From an uncultured Hyphomicrobiales bacterium (GTDB lineage Bacteria > Pseudomonadota > Alphaproteobacteria > Rhizobiales > Beijerinckiaceae): a stretch of DNA of 64,000 nucleotides. Shown here piece after piece: positions 16,739 to 25,694 of this stretch (positions within the stretch are counted from its first letter, which is position 1; each line of letters starts with the position of its first letter). The position numbers and the translations under genes were made by a program. Location of the stretch: NCBI GenBank assembly GCA_903825465.1, contig CAIKAR010000059.1, forward strand, positions 11,971 through 75,970, read 5' to 3'. The notes below the pieces were generated by a model. The model did no database searches, had not been told where the DNA came from, and worked only from the letters and a program-made list of their open reading frames with translations.

Positions 16739-18760
16739 TTGCTGTTCGTCGCGGTGGATATCGGAGGCACATTCACCGATCTTGTCGGGTTCGACGACGC
16801 CAGCGGCGCGCTGTATTCCGCCAAGCGCCTGACCACTCCCGACAATCTTGTGCGCGGCGTGCTCAATTGCGTCGATCGCGGCGGGGTGCCCATCGCCGAC
16901 ATCACGCGGCTCATTCACGGCTCCACCGTGGCGATCAACACGCTGATCGAGCGCAAGGGCGCGCCGACGGCGCTGTTGGTCACGAAAGGCACGCGCGATG
17001 TCTACGCAATCGGGCGCGGCAACCGTCCCGACGCCTACAACCTGTTCTTCAAGCGGCCGAAGCCCATCGTGCCGCGCCGCGACATCCACGAGATCGACGA
17101 GCGCATGCTGGCGGGCGGAATCGTCCGGACGGGACTGAACCTGTCGGAGGTCGCGGCGGCGGCGGCGGAAATCCGCAAATCGGGCCAGACCGCCGTCGCC
17201 GTCTGTTTCCTGCATTCCTACGCCAACACCTCGCACGAACACGACGCGGCGGAAACGCTGCGCGCCGAGCTTCCCGGCGCCTATGTGTCGGCGTCGCACG
17301 AAATCATGCGCGAATACCGCGAGTACGAGCGCATCTCGACGACGGTGGTGAACGCCTACATTGGGCCGACGGTGAGCGGCTATGTCGGCCGCCTCGAAGA
17401 GGGCCTGCGCGGGCACGGCTTCCGCGGCGAACTTTCGATCATGCAATCCAACGGCGGCGTCATGTCGCCCGAGGTCGCGGTGAAGCGGCCGGTGATGATG
17501 ATGGAATCAGGCCCCGTCGGCGGCGTCATCGCCAGCGCCGAAGTCGCCCGGACGCTTGGCCATGGCAACGTGATTTCCTTCGACATGGGTGGCACGACCG
17601 CCAAGACGAGCCTCGTGCGCGACAGCGCGGTCGCCATGGCGGAGGGTTATTACGTCGGAGGCTATTCGAGCGGCGATCCGGTGATGGCGCCCGTCGTCGA
17701 CATCGTCGAAGTCGGCGCCGGCGGCGGCAGCGTCGCCTGGATCGACGAGGCCGGCGCGCTGAAAGTGGGGCCGCTCAGCGCGGGCTCGGCGCCTGGCCCG
17801 ATCTGCTATGGACTGGGCGGAACGCAGCCGACGATCACCGACGCCAACGTCGTGCTCGGACGGCTTGGCGCGGAAGAGTTTCTCGGCGGCGAAATGCGCC
17901 TCGACGCGAAGGCGGCGGAAGAGGGCGTCGCCAACGCCATCGGCAAGCCGCTAGGTCTCGACACGCGGGCCGCGGCGCGCGCCATCGTCGAAATCGCGGT
18001 GGCGAAAATGTCGCTGGCCGTGCGGCAGGTCTCCGTCGAAAAGGGCTACGATCCCCGCGATTTCGCGCTTGTGGCGTCCGGCGGCGCCGGGCCTTTGCAC
18101 GCGGCGATGATCGCCAGGGATCTGCGCATCCCGAAGGTGATCATCCCGTGGTTCCCGTCGCATTTCTCCGCCATGGGCATGTTGATGGCGGACGAGCGCC
18201 ACGACGCCGTGCGCACCTATCCCGCCGCGCTTGAGCGGCTCGACTTCGCCGACCTCGAACGCGTTGTGAACGAGCTTGAGCGCGGCCTGCGCGGCATGTG
18301 CCGCGGCGGCGATCCCGAGATCCAGATCCAACTGGACCTGCGATATGTGGGGCAGGAGTTCAGCCTGTCCGTGCCGACGCCGCGCGGCCTGATTTTGAAA
18401 GGCGACCGGGCGGCGATCCGCGCCGCCTTCGACGCGCTGCACCAGCGGCGCTACGCCCACAGCGCCGACGACGAGCCCGTTGAAATCATCAACGTGCGCC
18501 TCGTCGCCTCGTCGCGCCGCGCCAAGCCGGCGATGCCGAAGCCCGGCACGGACAACCCGCGGCCGCGCGCGCGGCTGGCGACGATGGGGCCCGGCCCCGC
18601 GGTGAGTTGCGAGGTGATCGACCGCGCGGCGTTGAGCGCGGGGCAAATCGTCGAGGGCCCCGCGCTGATCCAGGAATACGGCTCCACGACCGTGGTGTTT
18701 CCGCGCGATGTCTGCGAAGTCGCCGCCACCGGCGAAATCATCATTTCAATCGGAGCGTGA
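16739..18760 (+). CDS. Hydantoinase/oxoprolinase family, A (ATP-binding) subunit, copy 1
   Basis: TTG start after GGAGG; DIGGTFTD, HGSTVAIN, SFDMGGTTAK, GAGGGS, SAGSAPGPICYG. Confidence 0.92.
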   Translation: MLFVAVDIGGTFTDLVGFDDASGALYSAKRLTTPDNLVRGVLNCVDRGGVPIADITRLIHGSTVAINTLIERKGAPTALLVTKGTRDVYAIGRGNRPDAYNLFFKRPKPIVPRRDIHEIDERMLAGGIVRTGLNLSEVAAAAAEIRKSGQTAVAVCFLHSYANTSHEHDAAETLRAELPGAYVSASHEIMREYREYERISTTVVNAYIGPTVSGYVGRLEEGLRGHGFRGELSIMQSNGGVMSPEVAVKRPVMMMESGPVGGVIASAEVARTLGHGNVISFDMGGTTAKTSLVRDSAVAMAEGYYVGGYSSGDPVMAPVVDIVEVGAGGGSVAWIDEAGALKVGPLSAGSAPGPICYGLGGTQPTITDANVVLGRLGAEEFLGGEMRLDAKAAEEGVANAIGKPLGLDTRAAARAIVEIAVAKMSLAVRQVSVEKGYDPRDFALVASGGAGPLHAAMIARDLRIPKVIIPWFPSHFSAMGMLMADERHDAVRTYPAALERLDFADLERVVNELERGLRGMCRGGDPEIQIQLDLRYVGQEFSLSVPTPRGLILKGDRAAIRAAFDALHQRRYAHSADDEPVEIINVRLVASSRRAKPAMPKPGTDNPRPRARLATMGPGPAVSCEVIDRAALSAGQIVEGPALIQEYGSTTVVFPRDVCEVAATGEIIISIGA

Positions 18761-18767
18761 GGCCGCG

Positions 18768-20495
18768 ATGCTCGATCCCGTCACCCTCGAAGTCATCCGC
18801 AACACGCTGCCCGCCATCGCCAACGAAATGGCGGCGGACTTGCAGCGCACCTCCTACAACATGATGATCTACGAGGTCTGCGACTTCTGCACGACGCTCA
18901 CCGACGCGCGCGGCCGGTTGATTTCGCAGAACGTCGGCGGCGTCTCGCACTTCGTCGCCGACCTCGGCGTCATCATCGAGGACATCGTCGCGCGGGAGGG
19001 ACCGGACGGCTTCCACCCCGAGGACGTGTTCATCACCAACCACCAGCGCGTGGCGGGGCAGCACCTCAACAACGTCGTCATCTACACGCCCTTTGTGCAC
19101 AAGGGGAGGCTGCTCGGCTTCGCCATGACGCGCGCGCACTGGATCGACGTCGGCGGCTCGTCGACCGGGCTTGGCGCCGGCGCCTTCGTGCTCGACCCGT
19201 GGTTCGAGGGCCTGCAAATCGACCAGCTGCGCATCTACGAGGCGGGAAAACTCAACAAGACGCTGCACGCGATGATCCGCGACAACATCCGCTATCCCGA
19301 GGCCTCGCTCGGCGACATGCGCGCGCAGATCGCCTCGTGCCGCATGGCGACACGCCGGCTGGAGGAACTCGTCGAGCGCTATTCGCCCGAGGTTGTCGAG
19401 GAAGCCATCGAAACCATCTTCGGCGAAACCGAAAGGCGTTGCCGCAACATCGTCGCCAAAATTCCGGACGGCGTTTACGAGGCGAGCGCGATCTACGACG
19501 ACGACAGCGTCAAGCACGACGAGCCAATTCAACTGCACGCGAAGGTGACGGTGGCCGGCGGCGACATGATCATCGACCTCTCGGGTTGCTCGCAACAGCG
19601 CGTCGGCGGCGTCAATTCGCGCACGCTCGCGGGCGCGCGCGTCGCCTACAAGGCGCTGACGGAGCCCGAAGCGCCGGTGAACGAGGGCTCGTTCCGCGCG
19701 CTCCAGGCGATCATCCCCGAAGGCAACGTCATGATGGCCAAATACCCGGCGCCCATGGGCGGCTGGAGCATGATCGTGCCGACGGTCGTCGACACCATCT
19801 TCAAGGCGCTGGCGCCCGCGATACCAGACCGCATTCCGGCGGCGCATCACGGCCTGCTCGGCGGCTCCATTGTTTTCATCGGCAAGGATCCGAAGACCGG
19901 CGGCAATTTCGTGTTGCAAAGCCTCGAAGGCGGGGGCTGGGGCGGCCGCCCGATGGAAGACGGCGAATCCGCTTCGGTTTCCGTGTGTCAAGGCAACGTC
20001 AAGAACTCGCCCATCGAAAGCATGGAAATCAAGACGCCGGTCGTTGTCGAAGAACGCTCGCTGCGCGTCGACTCCGGCGCGCCCGGCCGCTTTCGCGGCG
20101 GTCTCGGCGTCGATGTGCGCGTGCGCAACCTTGTCGACGGCAAATGGAATCTCGCGCGTCCGCGCCGACGCAAATGCCCGCCCTGGGGCTTGTGGAACGG
20201 CGGCGAGGGCGGCGGCGCCGAATTCCTGATGCGGCTCGCCGGCGAGAACGATTTCGAATCGATGGACCAGGTCATGCGGCCGGTGCCCGTCGACTCCGAA
20301 GTCATCATCCGCACCGGCGGCGGCGGCGGCTGGGGCGACCCGTTCGAGCGCGAACCGGAGGCGGTGCTGGGCGACGTGCGCGAGGGCCTGGTGAGCGTCG
20401 AGAAGGCGCGCGCCGACTACGGCGTCGCCGTCGACGCGCAGGCCACGCGCGTGGACGAGGCCGCGACGCGGGCGCTGCGCGCGGCGAGGGCGTGA
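18768..20495 (+). CDS. Hydantoinase B/oxoprolinase family subunit, copy 1
   Basis: DPVTLEVI, MIYEVCDF, HWIDVGG, DSGAPGRFRGG, TGGGGGWGDP. Confidence 0.92.
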   Translation: MLDPVTLEVIRNTLPAIANEMAADLQRTSYNMMIYEVCDFCTTLTDARGRLISQNVGGVSHFVADLGVIIEDIVAREGPDGFHPEDVFITNHQRVAGQHLNNVVIYTPFVHKGRLLGFAMTRAHWIDVGGSSTGLGAGAFVLDPWFEGLQIDQLRIYEAGKLNKTLHAMIRDNIRYPEASLGDMRAQIASCRMATRRLEELVERYSPEVVEEAIETIFGETERRCRNIVAKIPDGVYEASAIYDDDSVKHDEPIQLHAKVTVAGGDMIIDLSGCSQQRVGGVNSRTLAGARVAYKALTEPEAPVNEGSFRALQAIIPEGNVMMAKYPAPMGGWSMIVPTVVDTIFKALAPAIPDRIPAAHHGLLGGSIVFIGKDPKTGGNFVLQSLEGGGWGGRPMEDGESASVSVCQGNVKNSPIESMEIKTPVVVEERSLRVDSGAPGRFRGGLGVDVRVRNLVDGKWNLARPRRRKCPPWGLWNGGEGGGAEFLMRLAGENDFESMDQVMRPVPVDSEVIIRTGGGGGWGDPFEREPEAVLGDVREGLVSVEKARADYGVAVDAQATRVDEAATRALRAARA

Positions 20496-20521
20496 GGGAC
20501 GGGAACGTGAGGGACGCGGCG

Positions 20522-21643
20522 ATGCCGGTGGAAAACGCGCGGATGCTGGCGGCGAGAGCCTGGCTCGCCGAGAACAAGCTCGACGGCTTCGTCGCCTTCA
20601 ACGACGGGCAGAATTCGTTTCTGGAATCGAACGCCGTGTTCGTCTTCGCGGATGTTCGCGCGCTGGGGCGAAGCGCCGTGATTGTGGCGCGCGACGGCGC
20701 TTCCACGTTGGTCGCCGAACCCGCCTTCGACGACGCGCGGCTAAGGGAGCTCGCGACCACGCGGGAAGCGATGGGCACGGACGACTTCGTCGGCGCGTTG
20801 CGCGCGACGCTCGTTCGGCTTGGCCTCGACAAGGCGAATTGCGCGACCGTCGGGTTGTCGAAGCAAAGCCGCAAGCTGGCGCGGGCCGTCGGCGACATGT
20901 TTTCGAAGCCGCCGCGCGCGGAGGACAACCTGTCGTCGCATCTCGCGCGCGTGCGCCTGCCGCAGGAACTCGCCGCGTCGCGCAAAGCGACGTGGATCGC
21001 CGAGCGCGGCTACGAGCGACTGTTGCGATCCGCGAAGCCCGGCGTGCGCGAATACGAGCTCGCCGCCGACATCTACACCTACATGAAGGGCATCGGCGCC
21101 GAGGACAATTTCCTCCTGATGAGCGCCTCCCAGCACAATCTCGCGGTGCGCGCCGCCGGCGGCCGCGTGCTGGAAGAGGGCGACATTATTTTGGGCGAGA
21201 TCACGCCCTGTTATCAAGGCCAGTTCGCGCAGATTTGCCGCACCGCCGTCATCGGCGAGGCGTCGCCGACGCTGCGCGACAAATACGCGCTCCTGCAAGC
21301 CGCGATGCGCGCCGGCATGGACGCGGCGCGCCCCGGCGTCCCCGTGGCGCAGGCGACCCTCGCCATGAACGACGTGCTGACGAAGGCCGGCTACGGCGAT
21401 TATTGCAAGCCGCCCCACATGCGCGTGCGCGGACACGGGCTCGGCATCACGTCGAGCCAGCCGGGCGACCTGCACGACGAAAGCCAGACGGTGTTCGAAG
21501 AAGGCATGGTGTTCGTCATGCATCCCAACCAGTACATTCCCGAAACCGGCTACCTCATGTGCGGCGAGCCCGTGGTGATCTCGCACAACGGCGCGATCTC
21601 GCTGTCGGACCGGGACGCCGAACTCGACTTCGTCGCGGCATAG
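20522..21643 (+). CDS. M24 (Xaa-Pro peptidase/creatinase) family protein with non-canonical ligands, copy 1
   Basis: Creatinase-like N-domain; KPGVREYEL, GDIILGEITPC, AQICRT, GHGLG, MHPNQY. Confidence 0.85.
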   Translation: MPVENARMLAARAWLAENKLDGFVAFNDGQNSFLESNAVFVFADVRALGRSAVIVARDGASTLVAEPAFDDARLRELATTREAMGTDDFVGALRATLVRLGLDKANCATVGLSKQSRKLARAVGDMFSKPPRAEDNLSSHLARVRLPQELAASRKATWIAERGYERLLRSAKPGVREYELAADIYTYMKGIGAEDNFLLMSASQHNLAVRAAGGRVLEEGDIILGEITPCYQGQFAQICRTAVIGEASPTLRDKYALLQAAMRAGMDAARPGVPVAQATLAMNDVLTKAGYGDYCKPPHMRVRGHGLGITSSQPGDLHDESQTVFEEGMVFVMHPNQYIPETGYLMCGEPVVISHNGAISLSDRDAELDFVAA

Positions 21644-21652
21644 GAGCGCGCT

Positions 21653-22732
21653 GTGATCACCACGCATCCTTCGATCATGCTCGGCTCCTACGTCCTGGAC
21701 GAGGACCGGCTGCCGCGCGACGAGTTCGACATCCGCCTGGCTCCGCTGCGCGAGGCGATGACGCGCGAAGGCCACGCCGCGACGCTGATCTACGGCGACG
21801 CGAAGGAGCACGAAGCGCTGGCGTTCTTCACCAATTTCATCCCGCGCATGCGCTGGGCGATGGCGATGATCCCCGCCAAAGGCGAGCCCCGGCTGCTGAT
21901 TTCCATCAGTTCGCGCGACATGCCCGCGATGAAGGCCATGACATGGATCGCCGATGTCAAGTCGGGTTGGGAATGGAAGTGGTTCGAAGACCATGTCGCG
22001 AAACTGCCCGCGCCGGGAATCTTGGCGACCATCAACCTCGACATGATGACGCCGCTGCTGTTCGGGCAATTGTCGAAGTCGATCGACGGCGTGTTCACGC
22101 TCGCCGAGGCCGACCACGTCGCGTCGAAAGCGCGCGAAAAACACCGGCCGCGCGAAATCGCGATGATCAGGGCCGCGGCGAAAATCGGCGACGCGGCGGG
22201 GAACGCCATCGCCGAGCGTTGGCGCGCCGGCGACGATGTCGAGAACGCCGCGCTCGCCGGCGAGCGCTTGGCGCGCGCGATGGCGGCGCAGGATGTTCGC
22301 ACACTCGTCAGCCGCGACGGCGGCTTGACGCTCGAGCCCTACCGCGCCCGTTTCGACGACAGGCCGAAGGCCTTGCTCGCCTATGTCGCGGTGAAATACA
22401 TGGGTTATTGGGCCGAGGCGTTCGTTTCGCTCGGCGGCCCCGCGCAAAAGGCCAACACCGCGCTGGACGACATGTTGAAGCGCTTCAAGCCGGGCGCGCC
22501 CATCGCGGCGTCCGCGCATCCCGCGCTTGACGGCTCCGCCGGGCATCGGATCGGCTTGTCGCTCGTGGAGGGCCCCGAACTCCGCGCCGGCGCGGAAGCG
22601 CCGGCGGCGGGCGTGGTTTACGCGTTGCGCGCCGGCGAAACGGACACGGGCGCGGGCGCGGTCGCCTCGGCCATGGTTCTGCCGCGCGGCGACGGGTCTT
22701 TCGAAATTTTGTCGCGGAGCGTTTGCGCGTGA
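21653..22732 (+). CDS. Degenerate M24-fold protein (creatinase N-domain, eroded C-domain), copy 1
   Basis: DEDRLPRDEF..RLAPLREAM..LIYGD; REIAMIRAA; YMGYWAE; no canonical metal ligands. Confidence 0.7.
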   Translation: MITTHPSIMLGSYVLDEDRLPRDEFDIRLAPLREAMTREGHAATLIYGDAKEHEALAFFTNFIPRMRWAMAMIPAKGEPRLLISISSRDMPAMKAMTWIADVKSGWEWKWFEDHVAKLPAPGILATINLDMMTPLLFGQLSKSIDGVFTLAEADHVASKAREKHRPREIAMIRAAAKIGDAAGNAIAERWRAGDDVENAALAGERLARAMAAQDVRTLVSRDGGLTLEPYRARFDDRPKALLAYVAVKYMGYWAEAFVSLGGPAQKANTALDDMLKRFKPGAPIAASAHPALDGSAGHRIGLSLVEGPELRAGAEAPAAGVVYALRAGETDTGAGAVASAMVLPRGDGSFEILSRSVCA

Positions 22733-22774
22733 CCGCGCGGCCGCCGGAATAACAAACGGGAAACGGGGGAAACA

Positions 22775-23857
22775 ATGTTGCGAACATCCACGCGCCGGCG
22801 GTTCGCGATCGCCGCGTTCGCCCTCGGGTTGGCGCCGCGCCTCGCGGCCGCCGCCGACTTGAACGCCGACCTCAAGGCGCTCGTCGCCGCGGCCGACAAG
22901 GAGGGCAACGTCAATTTGAGCTGGAGCCAGTCGACGCTTGGCGGGAGCCAGGGCGCGGAGCTGCTGCGCGACGGCGTCAACAAGGTGTTCGGCTCCCATA
23001 TCAAGGTGACGTTCACGCCGGGGCAGGAGATGGCCCGCATCGCCAACCAGCTCGTGATCGAAAAAGGCGCGAAACAACCGGCGAGCGTCGATATTTACCT
23101 CGGCGCGGCGGCGCAGCTCGCGCCCCTCGCCGCGACCGATTTGTTCGAGCCGGTGGAGTGGGCGAAATATCTGCCCGGCCGCGTCGACGCGAAAAACGTC
23201 GAGACCGGCGGCAAATTCCTGCGCGTCACGACCGGTCTTTCTGGCGTCACCTACAACACGGCGCTGGCGCCATCGACCCCGACGTCGCTGCGGGATTTTT
23301 TGAAGCCGGAGTGGAAGGGCAAGATCGCCACCACGGCCTACGCCGCCAGTTTCGACGTGCTGCTCGCCAACGACATGTGGGGCCGGGACAAGATCATCGA
23401 CTACATGCGCGAATTGAACGCGCAGGTCGCGGGCCTCATCCGCTGCGGCGACGGCGAGCGCATCGCGACGGGCGAATTCGCCGCGCTTGTCATGGACTGC
23501 ACGGGCCAGGACTCGCTCGTGTGGCGCGAGCGTGGCGCGCCGATGGATCAGGCGATCCCAGCCGACGCCGCGCAATTGCGCTATTACTACGTCGCCGTGC
23601 CGACGAACGCGCGAAACCCCGCCGCCGCGAAGCTGGTGTCGCTCTTCCTGGAGACGCCGGAGGGCCAGAAAATCGCCTACGACACATGGAAGGCCGATCT
23701 GCACACTTATGCCGGCGCGCATATCTCGAAACAGATCGCCGACAACGAGGCGAAGGGAACGGTGTTCAAGGAAATCACGATCGACTGGTGGCGCGCGCAT
23801 CCCGAGATCGACGCGAACAAGGGCGAGTTCGTCAAAATCCTGTCGTCGCGGAATTAA
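22775..23857 (+). CDS. ABC transporter substrate-binding protein (FbpA/AfuA-thiamine-like)
   Basis: RRR signal; LVAAADKEG; DFLKPEWKGKI; NARNPAAAKL. Confidence 0.82.
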   Translation: MLRTSTRRRFAIAAFALGLAPRLAAAADLNADLKALVAAADKEGNVNLSWSQSTLGGSQGAELLRDGVNKVFGSHIKVTFTPGQEMARIANQLVIEKGAKQPASVDIYLGAAAQLAPLAATDLFEPVEWAKYLPGRVDAKNVETGGKFLRVTTGLSGVTYNTALAPSTPTSLRDFLKPEWKGKIATTAYAASFDVLLANDMWGRDKIIDYMRELNAQVAGLIRCGDGERIATGEFAALVMDCTGQDSLVWRERGAPMDQAIPADAAQLRYYYVAVPTNARNPAAAKLVSLFLETPEGQKIAYDTWKADLHTYAGAHISKQIADNEAKGTVFKEITIDWWRAHPEIDANKGEFVKILSSRN

Positions 23858-23864
23858 GCGCGGC

Positions 23865-25604
23865 ATGGCGGCGGACCCGGACATCGCCGGCCGGCGGGAG
23901 GGCGACGGGCCGCTGCGCGCCGCGATACTGGCCTGCGTTCTGATCGTTTGCTTCGTCATTCTCGCGCACCTGGCCGCGTTGTTCTGGCTCAGCCTGGCGG
24001 ACGGCTCGCCCGGCGCGACGGCGCTGACCTACGGCTGGCGAAACTACGCCGAGGTGTTTTCGGATTCCCGAACCGTCGACGTCCTGTGGAACACCGCCGG
24101 GTTCGCGACGCTCAGCCTGCTCGTCGCTTTGGGTTTCGGCCTTCCCGCGGCGTGGCTCGCCGAGCGCACGGACCTGCCCGGCAAAACCTTCCTTTTCACG
24201 ATGATGACCATCGGCATGCTCATCCCCGGCTTTTCGGCGGCGATGGGCTGGCTGTTTCTGCTGCATCCCCGTATCGGGATCGTCAACACATGGCTCGTCG
24301 GCGGGTTTGGCCTGCGGCAGCCGCCGTTCAACATCGCCAGCGTCGGCGGCATGGCCTGGGTTCAGGGTTTGAACATGGCGCCGCTCGCCTTCATCATGAC
24401 GGCGGCGGTTTTCCGCGCGCTTGATCCGGCGTTGGAGGAGGCCGCGCAAATGAGCGGCGCGGGGCCCGCGACGACGATCCGCCGCGTTGCGTTGCCGCTG
24501 GCGTGGCCCGGCGTGCTGGCGGCGGCGATCTATGTTTTCACGATCGGCTTCGCGGCCTTCGACATTCCGGCCATCATCGGCTGGAGCAACCGCATTTTCA
24601 CCTTCTCGACCTACGTCTATTTGCTGCTCAGCCCGCAGGACGTGTTGCCGCGCTACGGCGTCGCCGCCGCGTTGAGCGTGGTCGTCGTCGCGATCGCGGC
24701 CGCGCTGAGCTGGTGGTACGGCGCGATGCAGGAGAGGTCGCGCCGCTTCGCGGTGATCACGGGAAGGGCCTATCGGCCCGCGCTGTCGAGGCTCGGCGGC
24801 AAGGTCTGGCCCGCCTGGCTGTTTCTCGGGTTCTATTTCCTGATGGCGAAAATCCTGCCGATTCTGCTGCTGGTCTGGAGCTCGCTGCTGCCGTTTTTCC
24901 AGCCGCCGTCGCTGCGGGCGCTGAGCTTCGTTTCGACGAAGCACTACGCGTCGCTGCCGTGGGATCTCGCGTTGACGGGCGCGCGCAACACCGCGGTGTT
25001 GATGATTCTCACGCCGACGCTGGCGCTGGCAGTGGCGACCGGGTTTTCGTGGACGTTGTTGCGGACCGGCAATCCCTTCCGCAAATTCTTCGATTTCGTC
25101 GCGTTTTTGCCGCACGCTATTCCCAGCGTCGTTTTCGGCGTGGCGGCGCTGTTGATCGCGCTTTACGTGTTGCAAAACATGGCGCCGATCTACGGCACGA
25201 TCTGGCTGCTGCTGCTGGTGTTCTTCATCGCGCGGCTTTCATACGCGACGCGCATGACCAACAGCGCGCTGATTCAAATCCACCCCGAGCTCGAGGAATC
25301 CGCGCGGATGAGCGGCGCCGGCCTCGGCCAGGTGCTGTCGCGCGTGCTGGCGCCGCTGCTGTCGCCGACGCTGATTTACGCGTGGCTTTGGATCGCGCTT
25401 CTGGTTTTCCGCGAGTTGACGCTGGCGGTGATTTTGTCGTCCGGCGGCAATGTCACTCTGCCCGTCGTCATCTGGAGCCTGTGGCTCGGCGGCGGTCTTG
25501 GGCAGGCGTCGGCGCTGGCCGTGGCGATGCTCGCGGTCATGGCGCCGATCATGGCGTTGTACTGGATCGTGGCGCGCCGTCGCGGATTCATGGCGTCGAC
25601 ATAG
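23865..25604 (+). CDS. Fused two-domain ABC permease (FbpB-like)
   Basis: Two EAA loops (LEEAAQMSGA, LEESARMSGA); many transmembrane segments. Confidence 0.9.
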   Translation: MAADPDIAGRREGDGPLRAAILACVLIVCFVILAHLAALFWLSLADGSPGATALTYGWRNYAEVFSDSRTVDVLWNTAGFATLSLLVALGFGLPAAWLAERTDLPGKTFLFTMMTIGMLIPGFSAAMGWLFLLHPRIGIVNTWLVGGFGLRQPPFNIASVGGMAWVQGLNMAPLAFIMTAAVFRALDPALEEAAQMSGAGPATTIRRVALPLAWPGVLAAAIYVFTIGFAAFDIPAIIGWSNRIFTFSTYVYLLLSPQDVLPRYGVAAALSVVVVAIAAALSWWYGAMQERSRRFAVITGRAYRPALSRLGGKVWPAWLFLGFYFLMAKILPILLLVWSSLLPFFQPPSLRALSFVSTKHYASLPWDLALTGARNTAVLMILTPTLALAVATGFSWTLLRTGNPFRKFFDFVAFLPHAIPSVVFGVAALLIALYVLQNMAPIYGTIWLLLLVFFIARLSYATRMTNSALIQIHPELEESARMSGAGLGQVLSRVLAPLLSPTLIYAWLWIALLVFRELTLAVILSSGGNVTLPVVIWSLWLGGGLGQASALAVAMLAVMAPIMALYWIVARRRGFMAST

Positions 25605-25694
25605 TTCCACCGCTTGCAAATCGCCGTCCGAAAACGCAATCTCCCGGCATCAATCAACGGCGCGCCGCCCGGCGCCCGGCCAGGGAGGACGCAA

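Noticed and set aside
20741-23959. 1072-aa minus-strand ORF
   Set aside because: Antisense shadow of well-supported plus-strand genes; Arg/Ala/Gly-rich, no motifs, expected at this GC content.
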